From Candidatus Hydrogenedentota bacterium (GTDB lineage Bacteria; Hydrogenedentota; Hydrogenedentia; Hydrogenedentales; SLHB01), in NCBI GenBank assembly GCA_045863335.1, contig BTVY01000020.1, positions 27,712 through 91,711 of the forward strand: a stretch of 64,000 nt of DNA. Direction: 5' to 3'. This document shows positions 49,489-59,748 of the stretch, piece by piece. A program made the translations under genes and the position numbers. How positions within the stretch are numbered: the stretch's first letter is position 1; every line of letters starts with the position of its first letter. The notes beneath the pieces were generated by a model that made no database searches, was not told the origin of the DNA, and saw only the letters and a list, made by a program, of their open reading frames with translations.

Positions 49489-51606
49489 ATGCGGGCCGTC
49501 GTCTTCATTGGGTTGGTAGCCGGAACATTAGGAACGGCCTTTTCCGTGGCCGACGAATCGTCCTTCGGTCCGGTCCGCGCCAACCTCGATCTCCGAACGA
49601 TGCTCACTGACTACATCGTACAGAAGAGTTGCGAAGCTCTGAACGGCGCGGCCCTGCATCGGCAGGAGGCCCTGCGGGACGGCAACTGGGAGGCTTGGCG
49701 CGACAGCGTGCGCGACGCGGTGCGCGAGGGTCTCGGTCCCATGCCGTTTGGATCGAATGGCGGCGACCTCAACGTGCGTGTCGTCTCCGCCGATACACGC
49801 CCCGGTTACGTTCTGGAAAACGTTCTCTTCGAATCGTTGCCAGGACTCGATGTGAATGCGTCGGTGTACTTGCCCCTTGCAGACGACTTCCCACCGCCGT
49901 GGCCGGCCATCGTGGTGCCGGTGGGGCATAGCGCAAAGACAATGCCGGACTACCAATTGCCCGCCCAGGCCTTTGCACGGCGCGGGTACGTCGCCGTCAC
50001 CTTTGACCCGCCCGACATGGCGGGGGAAAAGCCGGTTGGAAACGATCATTTTCGCGACGGCGTCCGCTGCTACCTGACGGGCCAATCCTCGAACCGGTAC
50101 TTCGTGATCGACGCCCTTCGTTGTATCGACTATCTCGCAACGCGCGACGATATTGACATGACGAACGGTGTCGGCATGACCGGCGTCAGCGGGGGCGGCA
50201 TGACGACCATGTTCGCGACGCTCCTCGACGATCGCATCACCGCGTCGGGTCCGGCGTGTTGCGCCGTGCCGCTTGCCTTGCATCCCGTACGCGACGGGTA
50301 CGCGCCGTGTCCCGAAACGCTTGCCTTTGGACGCTTTCAAACCTACGACGACATCGACCTCCTCGCCGCCGCAGTTCCCACGCTGGTCTTGCTCATGGCA
50401 GGCGTAACCGATGAAGTCTTCACCGCGGACATGAGCCAACGCATTGCCGATGACGTAGCCGCGTCCTTCGCGGCGGCGAACGCGACCGACCGGTTTTCTT
50501 TCTTCATGGACCCCGGCGGCCATGCGTATACGGTCGCCATGGCGGAACGCTTCGCAGACTGGATGGATCGATGGGTCAGGAAAGCGGAAAGTCGTCCGGC
50601 GAGACCGTTCGCGGAAGCGGACCTGGAAACGCTCCCGGCCGACGCGCTGGCCTGCCATCCCCGCCAGGAGATCAACATGTTCGCGGCCAACGCCAAGGAA
50701 GCAAATCGGCTGCGCGAGACGCGAAACACCGATCCCGTTGCCGCTGCCCGCACACTCGCACGCGTCGACAAGGCCCCGGTTCCTTCGGCTTCGGCAAACA
50801 AACCGGCCCTCGTCTGGTTCCACTACGTGCAAGAATTGTTGTTGGAACCGGAACCCGGCATCGCGTTACCGGCCACGTACCTCTATCCGGATGCTCAACA
50901 AGGGCCGAGCGGCGCCGTGTTGTACCTCGACGATCGTGGACGTTGGACTGATCTGCGCACGCAAGGACTCTTGACGCGGCTCGCCCGCTTCATCGACCGG
51001 GATCAGGAACGGTTCGCCGTTATGACCGTCGATCTGCGCGGCTGGGGCGATACGAAACCCGCGGACCAACGCTACGACTTGGCGGGTTGGGGCAGCCGGG
51101 AACGCTGGATCAGCTACGTGTCCGCCGCGCTTGGCGATCCCGTCATGGCCATGCGTATCCGCGATGGATTATCGTCGCTCGCCTATCTCCGCAGCCGCAG
51201 CGAAGTCGATCCCGAACGCATCGTCATCGGTGGACGCGGTCTCGGCGCCGTCATCGCATTGCACGTGGCCGCTATCGACGGAAACGTGGCGGGCGTTTTC
51301 GCATTGGACGGCCTGGCCACATTTGAATCGCTCGCCGTCGCGGAGTCCTACGCGTGGTCACCGGAAGCGTTCTACCCGAACGTTCTCGTCCACTACGATC
51401 TACCGGAATTGGTTCAGTCGATGAAAATACCCGTGCTGATCGCGAATCCACTGGACGCGACGAAGAACGCGTTGAGCAACGATGAGACGATAAAGCGCTT
51501 TCTGCTAGAGCCGAACGATGCACGGACTCGCCATGTGACCATCGGCAGCGCAGACGACATCGTCGGATTCGTCCACGCGTTGACCACCACGAAGAGGCCA
51601 GATTGA
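49489..51606 (+). CDS. Tandem alpha/beta hydrolase (acetylxylan esterase-like)
   Basis: ENVLFESLPG, VPVGH, GMTGVSGGG; second domain has GGRGLGA and lacks the nucleophile Ser. Confidence 0.8.
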   Translation: MRAVVFIGLVAGTLGTAFSVADESSFGPVRANLDLRTMLTDYIVQKSCEALNGAALHRQEALRDGNWEAWRDSVRDAVREGLGPMPFGSNGGDLNVRVVSADTRPGYVLENVLFESLPGLDVNASVYLPLADDFPPPWPAIVVPVGHSAKTMPDYQLPAQAFARRGYVAVTFDPPDMAGEKPVGNDHFRDGVRCYLTGQSSNRYFVIDALRCIDYLATRDDIDMTNGVGMTGVSGGGMTTMFATLLDDRITASGPACCAVPLALHPVRDGYAPCPETLAFGRFQTYDDIDLLAAAVPTLVLLMAGVTDEVFTADMSQRIADDVAASFAAANATDRFSFFMDPGGHAYTVAMAERFADWMDRWVRKAESRPARPFAEADLETLPADALACHPRQEINMFAANAKEANRLRETRNTDPVAAARTLARVDKAPVPSASANKPALVWFHYVQELLLEPEPGIALPATYLYPDAQQGPSGAVLYLDDRGRWTDLRTQGLLTRLARFIDRDQERFAVMTVDLRGWGDTKPADQRYDLAGWGSRERWISYVSAALGDPVMAMRIRDGLSSLAYLRSRSEVDPERIVIGGRGLGAVIALHVAAIDGNVAGVFALDGLATFESLAVAESYAWSPEAFYPNVLVHYDLPELVQSMKIPVLIANPLDATKNALSNDETIKRFLLEPNDARTRHVTIGSADDIVGFVHALTTTKRPD

Positions 51607-51742
51607 TGCCACATTCTTCGCCCATGCGCGCATCCCGATTGCCGCGTCTCGCGCGCCAGCATGTGTCATCCCCGTCTTCTCTGCGTCCCTGCGGTCTCTG
51701 GTGTCGCTGGTCTCTTGACGACGCTGCCTGCCATTGAAACAG

Positions 51743-53677
51743 TCACCTTGCCGTGACCTTCGTCACCAGTTCGACTTCCCCTTCCGGTTCCTGCGTTTGC
51801 ACAACAAGGCATGTGTGGTGATTCTTCGGGTCGTCGCTCCCGTCATGGCCTTCTAGCGTATTGTCCGGAAGTTTCACCTGCGTCACGGTTAATGGTGCGC
51901 TACCGGTCAGCGTGATGGTGGCGTGGGGCCACGTGACGGTGAAGTGCCTCCCATCTGCCACGATTTCAACGTCGTCCTCTGCACCAAGGTGCCAGCGGAA
52001 GAGAATGACCTGTTCCGTCCCCTCCGTGAGGGTAACGTCGTCAGTTACAGCCAAACGGTTTGCGTCCCATACGACGTGGCGCGTCCAGAGCGCGAGGCCG
52101 TCGTAGCAGGCCGTGGCATCGACGGACACCTCCCCGCCGTTCCCGTCGAGGCGTGTCACCGCAATCGGCGCAACGCCCCCGCGCTTCTGCCACCCGGGAT
52201 GCGACACCGTCTTCCCCGTGTCGCTCGACGCATCGGGTTCGACCGTGCCGAGTTGGAGAACGTTGTGGCCCACCCCGGAACTGTAGTGCGTCATGATCTG
52301 GGGATGACTATACGCCGGCGTGCCTGCTTCGATGAGAATGGGCCGGCCCCGCGCGATGAAATTCACATGTCCGCGGTCCTGATGATCGTGTTGATCTAAC
52401 GGATGCCCGCCGCGGACCCAGACGCCCGTACCCGCCTCGTTCCAACTGTCACGCCAATTCACGCGGGTGGCGCGCTCATAGACCGCAAAAAGCGGGGGCG
52501 CCGCGTCCGCATCGACGCGCGGCAGCGCCCGTGCCGCGAGCCCGGCCAAGTCATCCGACGGTCCGCCCACGTAATACTGCAAGGCCCAACGGGCCACCGG
52601 GTCGCCCGTGCACATCGCAGTCAGAGACAGAAACGGTCTGGTGTTCTCAGCGGCTCCAAACGCGCCACCCGCGTCGAAGCAATTGATCACCATGTCGCCG
52701 GGCTGGAAATGGTGCACGAGCCACGTGGGGAAGTTCTTCAGAAACGGATGGTCGATAGCGCGCCGGTCGCCCGCCACCGCCATGGCATGAGCCGCATGCA
52801 ACATGGACGTGACCGTGAACTGGGCGTAGCCGAACCCTTCTTCAAACTCGCCCCGATCGCCATGTGCGTCGAGTGCGCGCATCAAATTCGCGACGCCAAG
52901 TTCATAGGCATCCCGATGACTCTCGATGCCAAGAATAATGCACGCGCGCACGAGCCCTTCCGTCGGCAGCACCCACTGGTTCGTGCAGGGATTGTCCGAG
53001 CGGATAAACCAACTCCGCTTCGTCTCCCAGTCGTCGACCACGCCTGCGATCTCCGATTCGAGCAGCGCATGCAGACGATCCAGAAGTTCCGGACTGAGAC
53101 TCTCGTCGGGCAGCAAGTCCAGCGTATCGCCGATGGCGCGTACACCGCACCCCGTCGCCAGCCAGTTTCCGTCCTTTCCATCCGGCGGGAGACGATTTCC
53201 CGGCGTATACAAGGTCCAACCCGGCCGCTGCAGCGGTGACCAACTCGCCATTTCCTCCAACTGCGCCACGATTCGCTCGCGCAGAACCGGGTCGCGCGTC
53301 AGCCGGTATCCTGCGGCTAGTAAGGGCAATTCCTTCGCGAGCGTGTTGCAGGCTGCGAAGTCGGACATCGCCAATGCGAACTGCTCCTTGATCTCCGGTT
53401 CCAACGCCTCGCTCCGCCCATCCAGCCACGTGCGATGCGTTCCCACCTCCGCGAGCGAATGCGCACGACGGATGATTGCCGCTTCCGCTGCCTTAGCCGC
53501 GCTCGCTGCGAGGGCCGCGCGCGCATCTGAGAGCTCTGCATTCGCCGCGGATTGATCCAGGAGTTCACTCCATCCGATCACGGCAGGAACCGATCGTTCG
53601 ACCACCACCTCCGCCGCGCCATCGACAACCGACGAAATAACAATGATCCATCCGAACGCTGCTGATAAACGTCTCAT
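51743..53677 (-). CDS. Heparinase II/III-like protein
   Basis: TNQWV, GEFEEGFGY, INCFD, HDHQDRGH, LIEAG...Y, GHNVL; signal peptide. Confidence 0.78.
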   Translation of the reverse strand: MRRLSAAFGWIIVISSVVDGAAEVVVERSVPAVIGWSELLDQSAANAELSDARAALAASAAKAAEAAIIRRAHSLAEVGTHRTWLDGRSEALEPEIKEQFALAMSDFAACNTLAKELPLLAAGYRLTRDPVLRERIVAQLEEMASWSPLQRPGWTLYTPGNRLPPDGKDGNWLATGCGVRAIGDTLDLLPDESLSPELLDRLHALLESEIAGVVDDWETKRSWFIRSDNPCTNQWVLPTEGLVRACIILGIESHRDAYELGVANLMRALDAHGDRGEFEEGFGYAQFTVTSMLHAAHAMAVAGDRRAIDHPFLKNFPTWLVHHFQPGDMVINCFDAGGAFGAAENTRPFLSLTAMCTGDPVARWALQYYVGGPSDDLAGLAARALPRVDADAAPPLFAVYERATRVNWRDSWNEAGTGVWVRGGHPLDQHDHQDRGHVNFIARGRPILIEAGTPAYSHPQIMTHYSSGVGHNVLQLGTVEPDASSDTGKTVSHPGWQKRGGVAPIAVTRLDGNGGEVSVDATACYDGLALWTRHVVWDANRLAVTDDVTLTEGTEQVILFRWHLGAEDDVEIVADGRHFTVTWPHATITLTGSAPLTVTQVKLPDNTLEGHDGSDDPKNHHTCLVVQTQEPEGEVELVTKVTAR

Positions 53678-53867
53678 TTCTTTTCCCCGCCCTACCCGAA
53701 CACTTTCATTGTAGCCAATAGCGCCGACAAGATCGGTATCAATGACCATTGTTGCATGAACCCTTTAAGACCGTTGCAAAAACGCAAGACATGTGCCTAC
53801 ACTACGTTTGGTCGGTCGGTCTTGCCGATCGTGAATATCTTGTGCCGGGTTGCAGTAGGAGTCGTGG

Positions 53868-56042
53868 ATGGTCCGCTTCGCGTATCCCGCCATGGGTACC
53901 GCTTTTGGCAAGTACTCCATCGTGCGGGAATTGGGCCGCGGAAGTATGGGAGTCGTGTACCTGGCCGAGGACCAGTCGCTCGGTCGCCAGGTAGCCCTCA
54001 AAGTTCTCACGCCGTCGTTGTCGACGGATGAGGACTTTAAGTCGCGATTCCGGCTGGAAGCCCGGTCGATCGCTTCCCTCAACCACCCCCACGTCGTACG
54101 CGTTCACAACCTGGACGAGATCGACGGATTGCTCACCATCGACATGGAATTCGTGGCGGGCGGTGACCTCTTCGCGCACCTGTCCCGAGGAATGAGTTAT
54201 TCCGAAATTGTGCACGTTGGCGCCCAAGTCCTCGACGCCCTCGACGCCTGCCATCAACGCGACGTCATTCATCGGGACGTGAAACCCACCAACATTCTGC
54301 TCGACGCCCACGGCCTGGCCAAGGTGGCCGACTTCGGACTGGCGAAAATGCTCGAATCGCAAATGAACGCGTCCTACGTCAGCTTGCGTACTTCGGGTTA
54401 TTTTCTGGGAACGCCCCGCTACGCACCTCCGGAGGCATGGGACGCCGCGGAGCCGGACCCTGCCTGGGACATCTATTCCCTCGGCGTGGTCTTGTACGAG
54501 GCTCTTTCGGGTCGACCACCCTATAAATCGAACACCCCCATGTCACTCGTGAAGGAGATGGTCGAGAAGGATGTTGCCCCCCTGAGGACCGCTGTTCCGG
54601 AAATCTCCGCGCCGCTCGCTGACCTCGTTGATTCCATGATTTCCAAGCAGCGCGACCGACGTCCCCAATCGGCACTTGAAGCGTTGAATCGGCTGACCGC
54701 AACATCGGAATACGCGCAAGGCTCATCAGCCGGGTCCGCAACCGTGTTGGCGCCGAGGCCCCGCCAGCCGAGGCGAAAGCCTCACTGGCCCAGAAAGTTC
54801 TTGAAAGTGCTCCCCGCGCTGGCCGCCCTTGTCGTGCTCGCCTTGGTTATTACCGCCTACGCCGTCACCCGGTCCGCTCCCGGCGCGGAAACGCCGCCGG
54901 AACCTGCGGCCGAGCAGATGGTGCTGCAACAGAACGCCTTTGCTTCCGCAATTCTACCTGCGGAAACGATTGCGGAACTGGCAAAATCACCGGCTGCCGA
55001 GTGGCGCGTCTACACAGCTGTATTGACATCCGGCGACGTCACCCAGAGTGGTTCCGCGCTGCGTTACAACAACGCCTCCGGCGCGGATTCAATCGTCTTG
55101 CTGTCCCCGGAGTGGCTTTGTGTACTGAAGACATCGAGAGACCAGGGCCGATTAGCCGTTGATGGATCGTGGGGACAATTGGCCGGGCCCGCCGGGAGTG
55201 TGCTTCGTCTGGGCCGATTGGATGGGTTGCTCCAGATTGTAGACGAGGAGCGATTGGTAGCCGGAACACTGCAGCTTGCCGACGAGCGCCTCAACGACCA
55301 TTGGCAGGCGCACCTCCAGTTGAGCGCAACCGGCCACCCAATCACGGACACCGAGGTTCTCTTGACCTTCGAGCGAGAGCGATCCCTGCCCGCCCTTTTG
55401 TACAACGAGTTGCTTCCCCGCCGCCTCGACTGGGCGATGGAGTTTGAGAGGCGGCTGCCAGCTCTTGCTGAGGCGCGCATTGACGCCGTCGATATCGGCG
55501 CTGCGGAACTGGAGATCGACGGCAGGCTCCACGAACCGTTCTGGCTCATGCGCTCCCTGGCCGCCGGGGAATCCCGTGCGATCCCCGGAATTCCGCGAAA
55601 CCAGCGAGCGAATCTACTGGTGCGTCGTTCCGGAACCCGGCTGCTGCTTGGCGTCACGATTCCGGATTGGACCTCCGGTCCGGCGCGCCTTGAATTGGCC
55701 GCCCAAACGGCCTTTGCGGTTCCCACCGAGTCCTCGCCACGATGGCTCATCCTCCATGATTCCGCAACGGACACGCATGTCATCCAAAACCTGCTCAGTG
55801 GAGCCGTGGGCGCACCGGACGATTTCGAGTGCGCGTTAGACCGGTCGCAGGCCGGGCTCACCGCAGAAATCGCCGTCGATCTCGGCGCGCTATCTCCGGA
55901 TGAACCCCTAAGCAGGGTCCGGTTGAACCTCCAGGTCAAGGCCAGCGACGACGAAGCCGCGGTTCCGGAGGTCATCTGGGGTTGGCCAATCCTGACAGCG
56001 ACCGAACATGGCGCGCTAATCGTCATACCGGAGACAGAATAG
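53868..56042 (+). CDS. Hanks-type Ser/Thr protein kinase with TM helix and extracytoplasmic domain
   Basis: LGRGSMGVVY, VALK, HRDVKPTNIL, DFGLAK, GTPRYAPPE, DIYSLG; TM segment; EIDGRLHEPFW (CBM9-like). Confidence 0.92.
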   Translation: MVRFAYPAMGTAFGKYSIVRELGRGSMGVVYLAEDQSLGRQVALKVLTPSLSTDEDFKSRFRLEARSIASLNHPHVVRVHNLDEIDGLLTIDMEFVAGGDLFAHLSRGMSYSEIVHVGAQVLDALDACHQRDVIHRDVKPTNILLDAHGLAKVADFGLAKMLESQMNASYVSLRTSGYFLGTPRYAPPEAWDAAEPDPAWDIYSLGVVLYEALSGRPPYKSNTPMSLVKEMVEKDVAPLRTAVPEISAPLADLVDSMISKQRDRRPQSALEALNRLTATSEYAQGSSAGSATVLAPRPRQPRRKPHWPRKFLKVLPALAALVVLALVITAYAVTRSAPGAETPPEPAAEQMVLQQNAFASAILPAETIAELAKSPAAEWRVYTAVLTSGDVTQSGSALRYNNASGADSIVLLSPEWLCVLKTSRDQGRLAVDGSWGQLAGPAGSVLRLGRLDGLLQIVDEERLVAGTLQLADERLNDHWQAHLQLSATGHPITDTEVLLTFERERSLPALLYNELLPRRLDWAMEFERRLPALAEARIDAVDIGAAELEIDGRLHEPFWLMRSLAAGESRAIPGIPRNQRANLLVRRSGTRLLLGVTIPDWTSGPARLELAAQTAFAVPTESSPRWLILHDSATDTHVIQNLLSGAVGAPDDFECALDRSQAGLTAEIAVDLGALSPDEPLSRVRLNLQVKASDDEAAVPEVIWGWPILTATEHGALIVIPETE

Positions 56043-58243
56043 TGAAGAAGCGTACGGCACGCGCGACCGTCGTCACGACGCGTATGACGAGACTCCTCAT
56101 GGGAATTGCCTGCACCATCGCCTCGGTGGCGCAAGCGTCAGACCCTTTAGACCCCTGGGCCAACCCAACCAGCTTTCCCCAAGACCTCGTTTCGTCGAAT
56201 GGCTTCGTCTATTTCACGGCCGACGACGGCATCCATGGCCGGGAGCTCTGGCGCACGGACGGCACGGAGGAAGGGACCCTCCTCGTGGACGACTTGTCCC
56301 CGGGCCCGGCGGGCAGCGAATTTAAAGCGTTCGCCACCTGTGGCCCATACCTGTACTTCTCGGCCCTGCACCTCGGATCGCACGGCGACGTGCTGCTACG
56401 CGCCGGCGGGAGTCCGCCCCGCGTAGAACCATTGCTCAGCGACGCGCAGCAGCCGCTCCGGGTCAGCACTATCATGGTCCGATCGCCCTTTGCCGTGATC
56501 AACGAGACTCTCTACACGACGTCCGGCCACGGGGAGTTTCCCTGGGTTTACGCCATCAAGGGCGATGCCCTGACCGCCACTGCTGTGCCCATGCCCACGC
56601 TCAAGTACCCCATCTTTCACGTCGGCGAACTGCACGCGGGGAAAACCGTGCTCTACGTGGTCGCCGCCTACAACCTAGCGGTCAGTGGCACCAAATCGGA
56701 GTCCGTCCTCTTCCGGATAACCCCCGGATCATGGCGTATTGAGACCGTTGAATTGGGGGTCGATTACAACCTGCACGTCTACGGCGTTCTGGAAGATACC
56801 CTGATCTTCCGGGGCCGCCGCGTTCCCGACGCATTGGGGGACGAACCTTATGTCTGGCGCGTGAATGAGCCTGCACCCCAACCCGTCAAGGACATCGCCC
56901 CGGGCCCCTCCTCATCGTTAGGCCAGGACAATGGGTGCGGCTTTATCGGGAACAACATGTTCTTCACCGCCACGGACGATGTGTACAGTTGGGAGCCCTG
57001 GATCACCGATGGCTCGGAAGCCGGCACGCGACTCGTGCGCGACATCCACGGCGGGCGCGAGAGTTCCTTTCCCGGCATGTTCACCGCAACGCGGGAGCAG
57101 GTGTTCTTCCAGGCCCAGAACCGTGAAACGGGGATTGAATTGTGGGTGAGCGACGGTACCTCCGACGGAACCCGACTCACCAGGGACATTGTCCCGGGTC
57201 CGGAGTCCTCGCGTCCGTATCGGCCCGTCGCCGCCGGAAGCCGGGTTTTCTTCACGGCACATCACTTGAAGTCTGGCGAGGAGTTGTGGGTGAGCGACGG
57301 GACCGAGTCCGGCACGCGCCTCGTGAAGGACATCGTGCCCGGCGCGGGCAGTTCGGAACCGTTTCTGAAAGCGGCCCTGGGCGAGCGAATCGTCTTCACC
57401 GCGGACGACCACGTTCATGGCGCGGAAGTCTGGGTTTCCGACGGAACAGAAGCCGGTACCTTTATGGTGAAAGACATCGCTCCGGCACGCGGCCCCAACC
57501 CCTCCTCGGATCCGCAGCACCTCACCCTGGTCGGCGATATTCTCTTCTTCGTCGTCAACGATGCCCGCCACGGCGCCGAACTGTGGCGCAGCGACGGAAC
57601 CGACCCCGGCACGGTCCTGGTGAAAGACATCTTCTCCGGCCGTGCCAGTTCCAATCCCAGCGAACTCTGCGCGTGCAACGGCTACCTCTTCTTCCAGGCC
57701 GAAGACCCCGAACACGGCGTCGAACTCTGGGTGAGCGATGGCACCTCCGACGGCACGCAGATCCTCCTCGATTGCATCCCCGGCCCCGAATCAGGAAATC
57801 CCCATGCGCTCATCTGCACCCCCCAGGCCGAACTCTTCTTCGCGGCCGGTCATCCCGATGCCGGGGTGGAACCATGGCGCCTCGACGTCTCCGCGTCGTT
57901 GAAGCCGATCAATGCCGGGCCAATCGACCTCAACCCCGGGAAGGCCGGCTCTGATCCCCGGGACTTCACCGCCGGCCAATTGCCCGATGGACTACCCTGC
58001 GTCTACTTCACCGCCAACGACGGCAAACACGGACGCGAACTGTTCGTCTACGCCAACGGCCGCGTGTACCAGGTGAGCGACATCATCACCAACGTTCCCG
58101 CCGGGTCCGAGCCATCCAACCTTACCCCTTCCGGGTCCACGCTCTTCTTCAACGCCACGGCCCCCGCGCGCGGCGCCGAACTCTTCAAAACCCAGGGCGC
58201 GCCCGAAACCACCACAATCGTGAGAGATGTCCGGCGCGAATAA
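56042..58243 (+). CDS. Secreted ELWxxDGT-repeat protein
   Basis: Repeated FTADDGIHGRELWRTDGTEEGTLLVDD-type units; GTG start overlaps the kinase TAG. Confidence 0.9.
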   Translation: MKKRTARATVVTTRMTRLLMGIACTIASVAQASDPLDPWANPTSFPQDLVSSNGFVYFTADDGIHGRELWRTDGTEEGTLLVDDLSPGPAGSEFKAFATCGPYLYFSALHLGSHGDVLLRAGGSPPRVEPLLSDAQQPLRVSTIMVRSPFAVINETLYTTSGHGEFPWVYAIKGDALTATAVPMPTLKYPIFHVGELHAGKTVLYVVAAYNLAVSGTKSESVLFRITPGSWRIETVELGVDYNLHVYGVLEDTLIFRGRRVPDALGDEPYVWRVNEPAPQPVKDIAPGPSSSLGQDNGCGFIGNNMFFTATDDVYSWEPWITDGSEAGTRLVRDIHGGRESSFPGMFTATREQVFFQAQNRETGIELWVSDGTSDGTRLTRDIVPGPESSRPYRPVAAGSRVFFTAHHLKSGEELWVSDGTESGTRLVKDIVPGAGSSEPFLKAALGERIVFTADDHVHGAEVWVSDGTEAGTFMVKDIAPARGPNPSSDPQHLTLVGDILFFVVNDARHGAELWRSDGTDPGTVLVKDIFSGRASSNPSELCACNGYLFFQAEDPEHGVELWVSDGTSDGTQILLDCIPGPESGNPHALICTPQAELFFAAGHPDAGVEPWRLDVSASLKPINAGPIDLNPGKAGSDPRDFTAGQLPDGLPCVYFTANDGKHGRELFVYANGRVYQVSDIITNVPAGSEPSNLTPSGSTLFFNATAPARGAELFKTQGAPETTTIVRDVRRE

Positions 58244-58436
58244 CGGAATCGCCGGTACGGATTGTCGGAAATCTCGCGAGACGTTAGCGCATCGCTCTAA
58301 ACTGCGGTTGCGCGGAGGTGCCACGTTCGTGATTCGAGGTGCCATGGGTCCCTATCCGCAAAGGTCGTGAAGTTCTTTCGCATTGACTCCGTAACGTGTT
58401 CGATATCCAACGATAGGTATCAGCAACGATATCTAT

Positions 58437-58547
58437 TCTTTCGCCCCCGTTTGGGGGCTGCGCGGTGGTTGTGATCGCCTGACCCGGGGTTCCGCTCGTG
58501 CCTCGCTCCCCCCCGGGCTACATTCGAGTCGCCCCATCCGGGGCTGC
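58437..58547 (-). repeat. AGCCCC...GGGGCGA element, copy 2
   Basis: Reverse-complement match to 37455-37575. Confidence 0.8.
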
Positions 58548-58689
58548 CTTGGACACCCCTCCTCGTGTTGGAGGTAGTTGTCCTCGGCCCGGCTGAAGGG
58601 TTTTGGTCATTCGGATTTCGTGCTCTCGCCTCGGCGTCGCCTTCGGCAAAACAAGGCCGAGTTTCAAATTGATTGCGGCTGTGCCGCGC

Positions 58690-58927
58690 TGGGCATTCAG
58701 CCCATGAACGGACACGGGCGGGACGCCCATGCTCCTGGAGTCCCCAATCACCCAACGGATGAGCCATGCTTCGCGTTTACAGGCCCAATTCCACAGGGCG
58801 ATCCGGTGTTCTCTGTACTACTCACTCTCCAATTTTTTAAATCTTGTCGTAATTCTTGGGCCACCTCTTTTGGGATTAGATGATGTGCCCCCCGTCAAAC
58901 AGTACACGGGCGAGACGCCCATGCTCC
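58690..58927. repeat. GGAG-type REP hairpins (GGAGCATGGGCGTCYCGCCCGTG)
   Basis: Minus-strand copies near 58713-58735 and 58905-58927; degenerate partner near 58690. Confidence 0.7.
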
Positions 58928-59084
58928 CTTCGTGGTCTCCTTCTTGAATCGGTTGAAATCGGTGCAATCGGTGGACGAGAAGAGGCTTGGTTTCGGCTAC
59001 GCCACGCTGTGACTTAACTCCGGAATCAAGGATCATCCAAAAGCTCGTCTTCCACTCCCGCCCTCGACACAGTTCTCCGTCTGC

Positions 59085-59202
59085 GAAGCGCATCATCCCA
59101 ACCCAACTTCAACTGCCACCTTCGACACACGTTCTCCGCCCCGGAAGCGCATCATCCCAATCCAACTTCAACTGCCACCTTCGACACACGTTCTACGCCC
59201 CG
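59085..59202 (+). repeat. 59-bp tandem duplication
   Basis: GAAGCGCATCATCCCAAYCCAACTTCAACTGCCACCTTCGACACACGTTCTMCGCCCCG twice, two mismatches. Confidence 0.9.
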
Positions 59203-59297
59203 GTAGGGGCGAAAGATCGTAGCCCAACGTGGAGCGGAGCGGAACGTTGGGTTAGCCGATTCTCCCCGTTCACCAAGCCCCGGAAGGGGCGGCAGAA
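59197..59297 (+). repeat. AGCCCC...GGGGCG family element, diverged copy 3
   Basis: GCCCCGGTAGGGGCGA...GTAGCCCAACG...GGAGCGGAGCGGAACGTTGGG...AGCCCCGGAAGGGGCGGCAGAA has the same hairpin order as 37455-37575. Confidence 0.65.
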
Positions 59298-59748
59298 CCG
59301 TCGCCCCCATCATCCGCCAAGTCCGACTTCCGGACACGCAATGCAGCGGCTTTCCGGAATTGTCGCGCTACAGCAGAATCACCCCGCGATCGCAGCCCCG
59401 CAATCTCCGCCGATCCGGGGCAAGTCGATTTTGATTCAGAAAACGAGCATCTCTAGTGCATCAAAATCCGAAATCCGGACAACCCCGTGTCCGGTAAACG
59501 GAACGGCACTGCATTCAAATCTCGACCCCAACTACACGCGCACATCGGCACATTGCAACGCGAGCACTTAGCATGCCCCGCCGCGTCCGCGATTTTGGCC
59601 CGAGAATTGCTCCAACCGCCGCGCCCCTTTCCCACTCCACCGGATGCCGACGAGCATGCCCGCGAGGACGGAGGGGTCGCGGCGGACGCGACGCGCTCCC
59701 GCCGCGGGTGCCAGGCTGCAACCATCCAAATTGGGGAGGAGTGAAGAA

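Noticed and set aside
59085-59202. CRISPR array
   Set aside because: Two adjacent 59-bp copies with no unique spacers, and no cas genes; the 30-bp hairpins at 19134 and the 34-bp pair at 31722 also lack array structure
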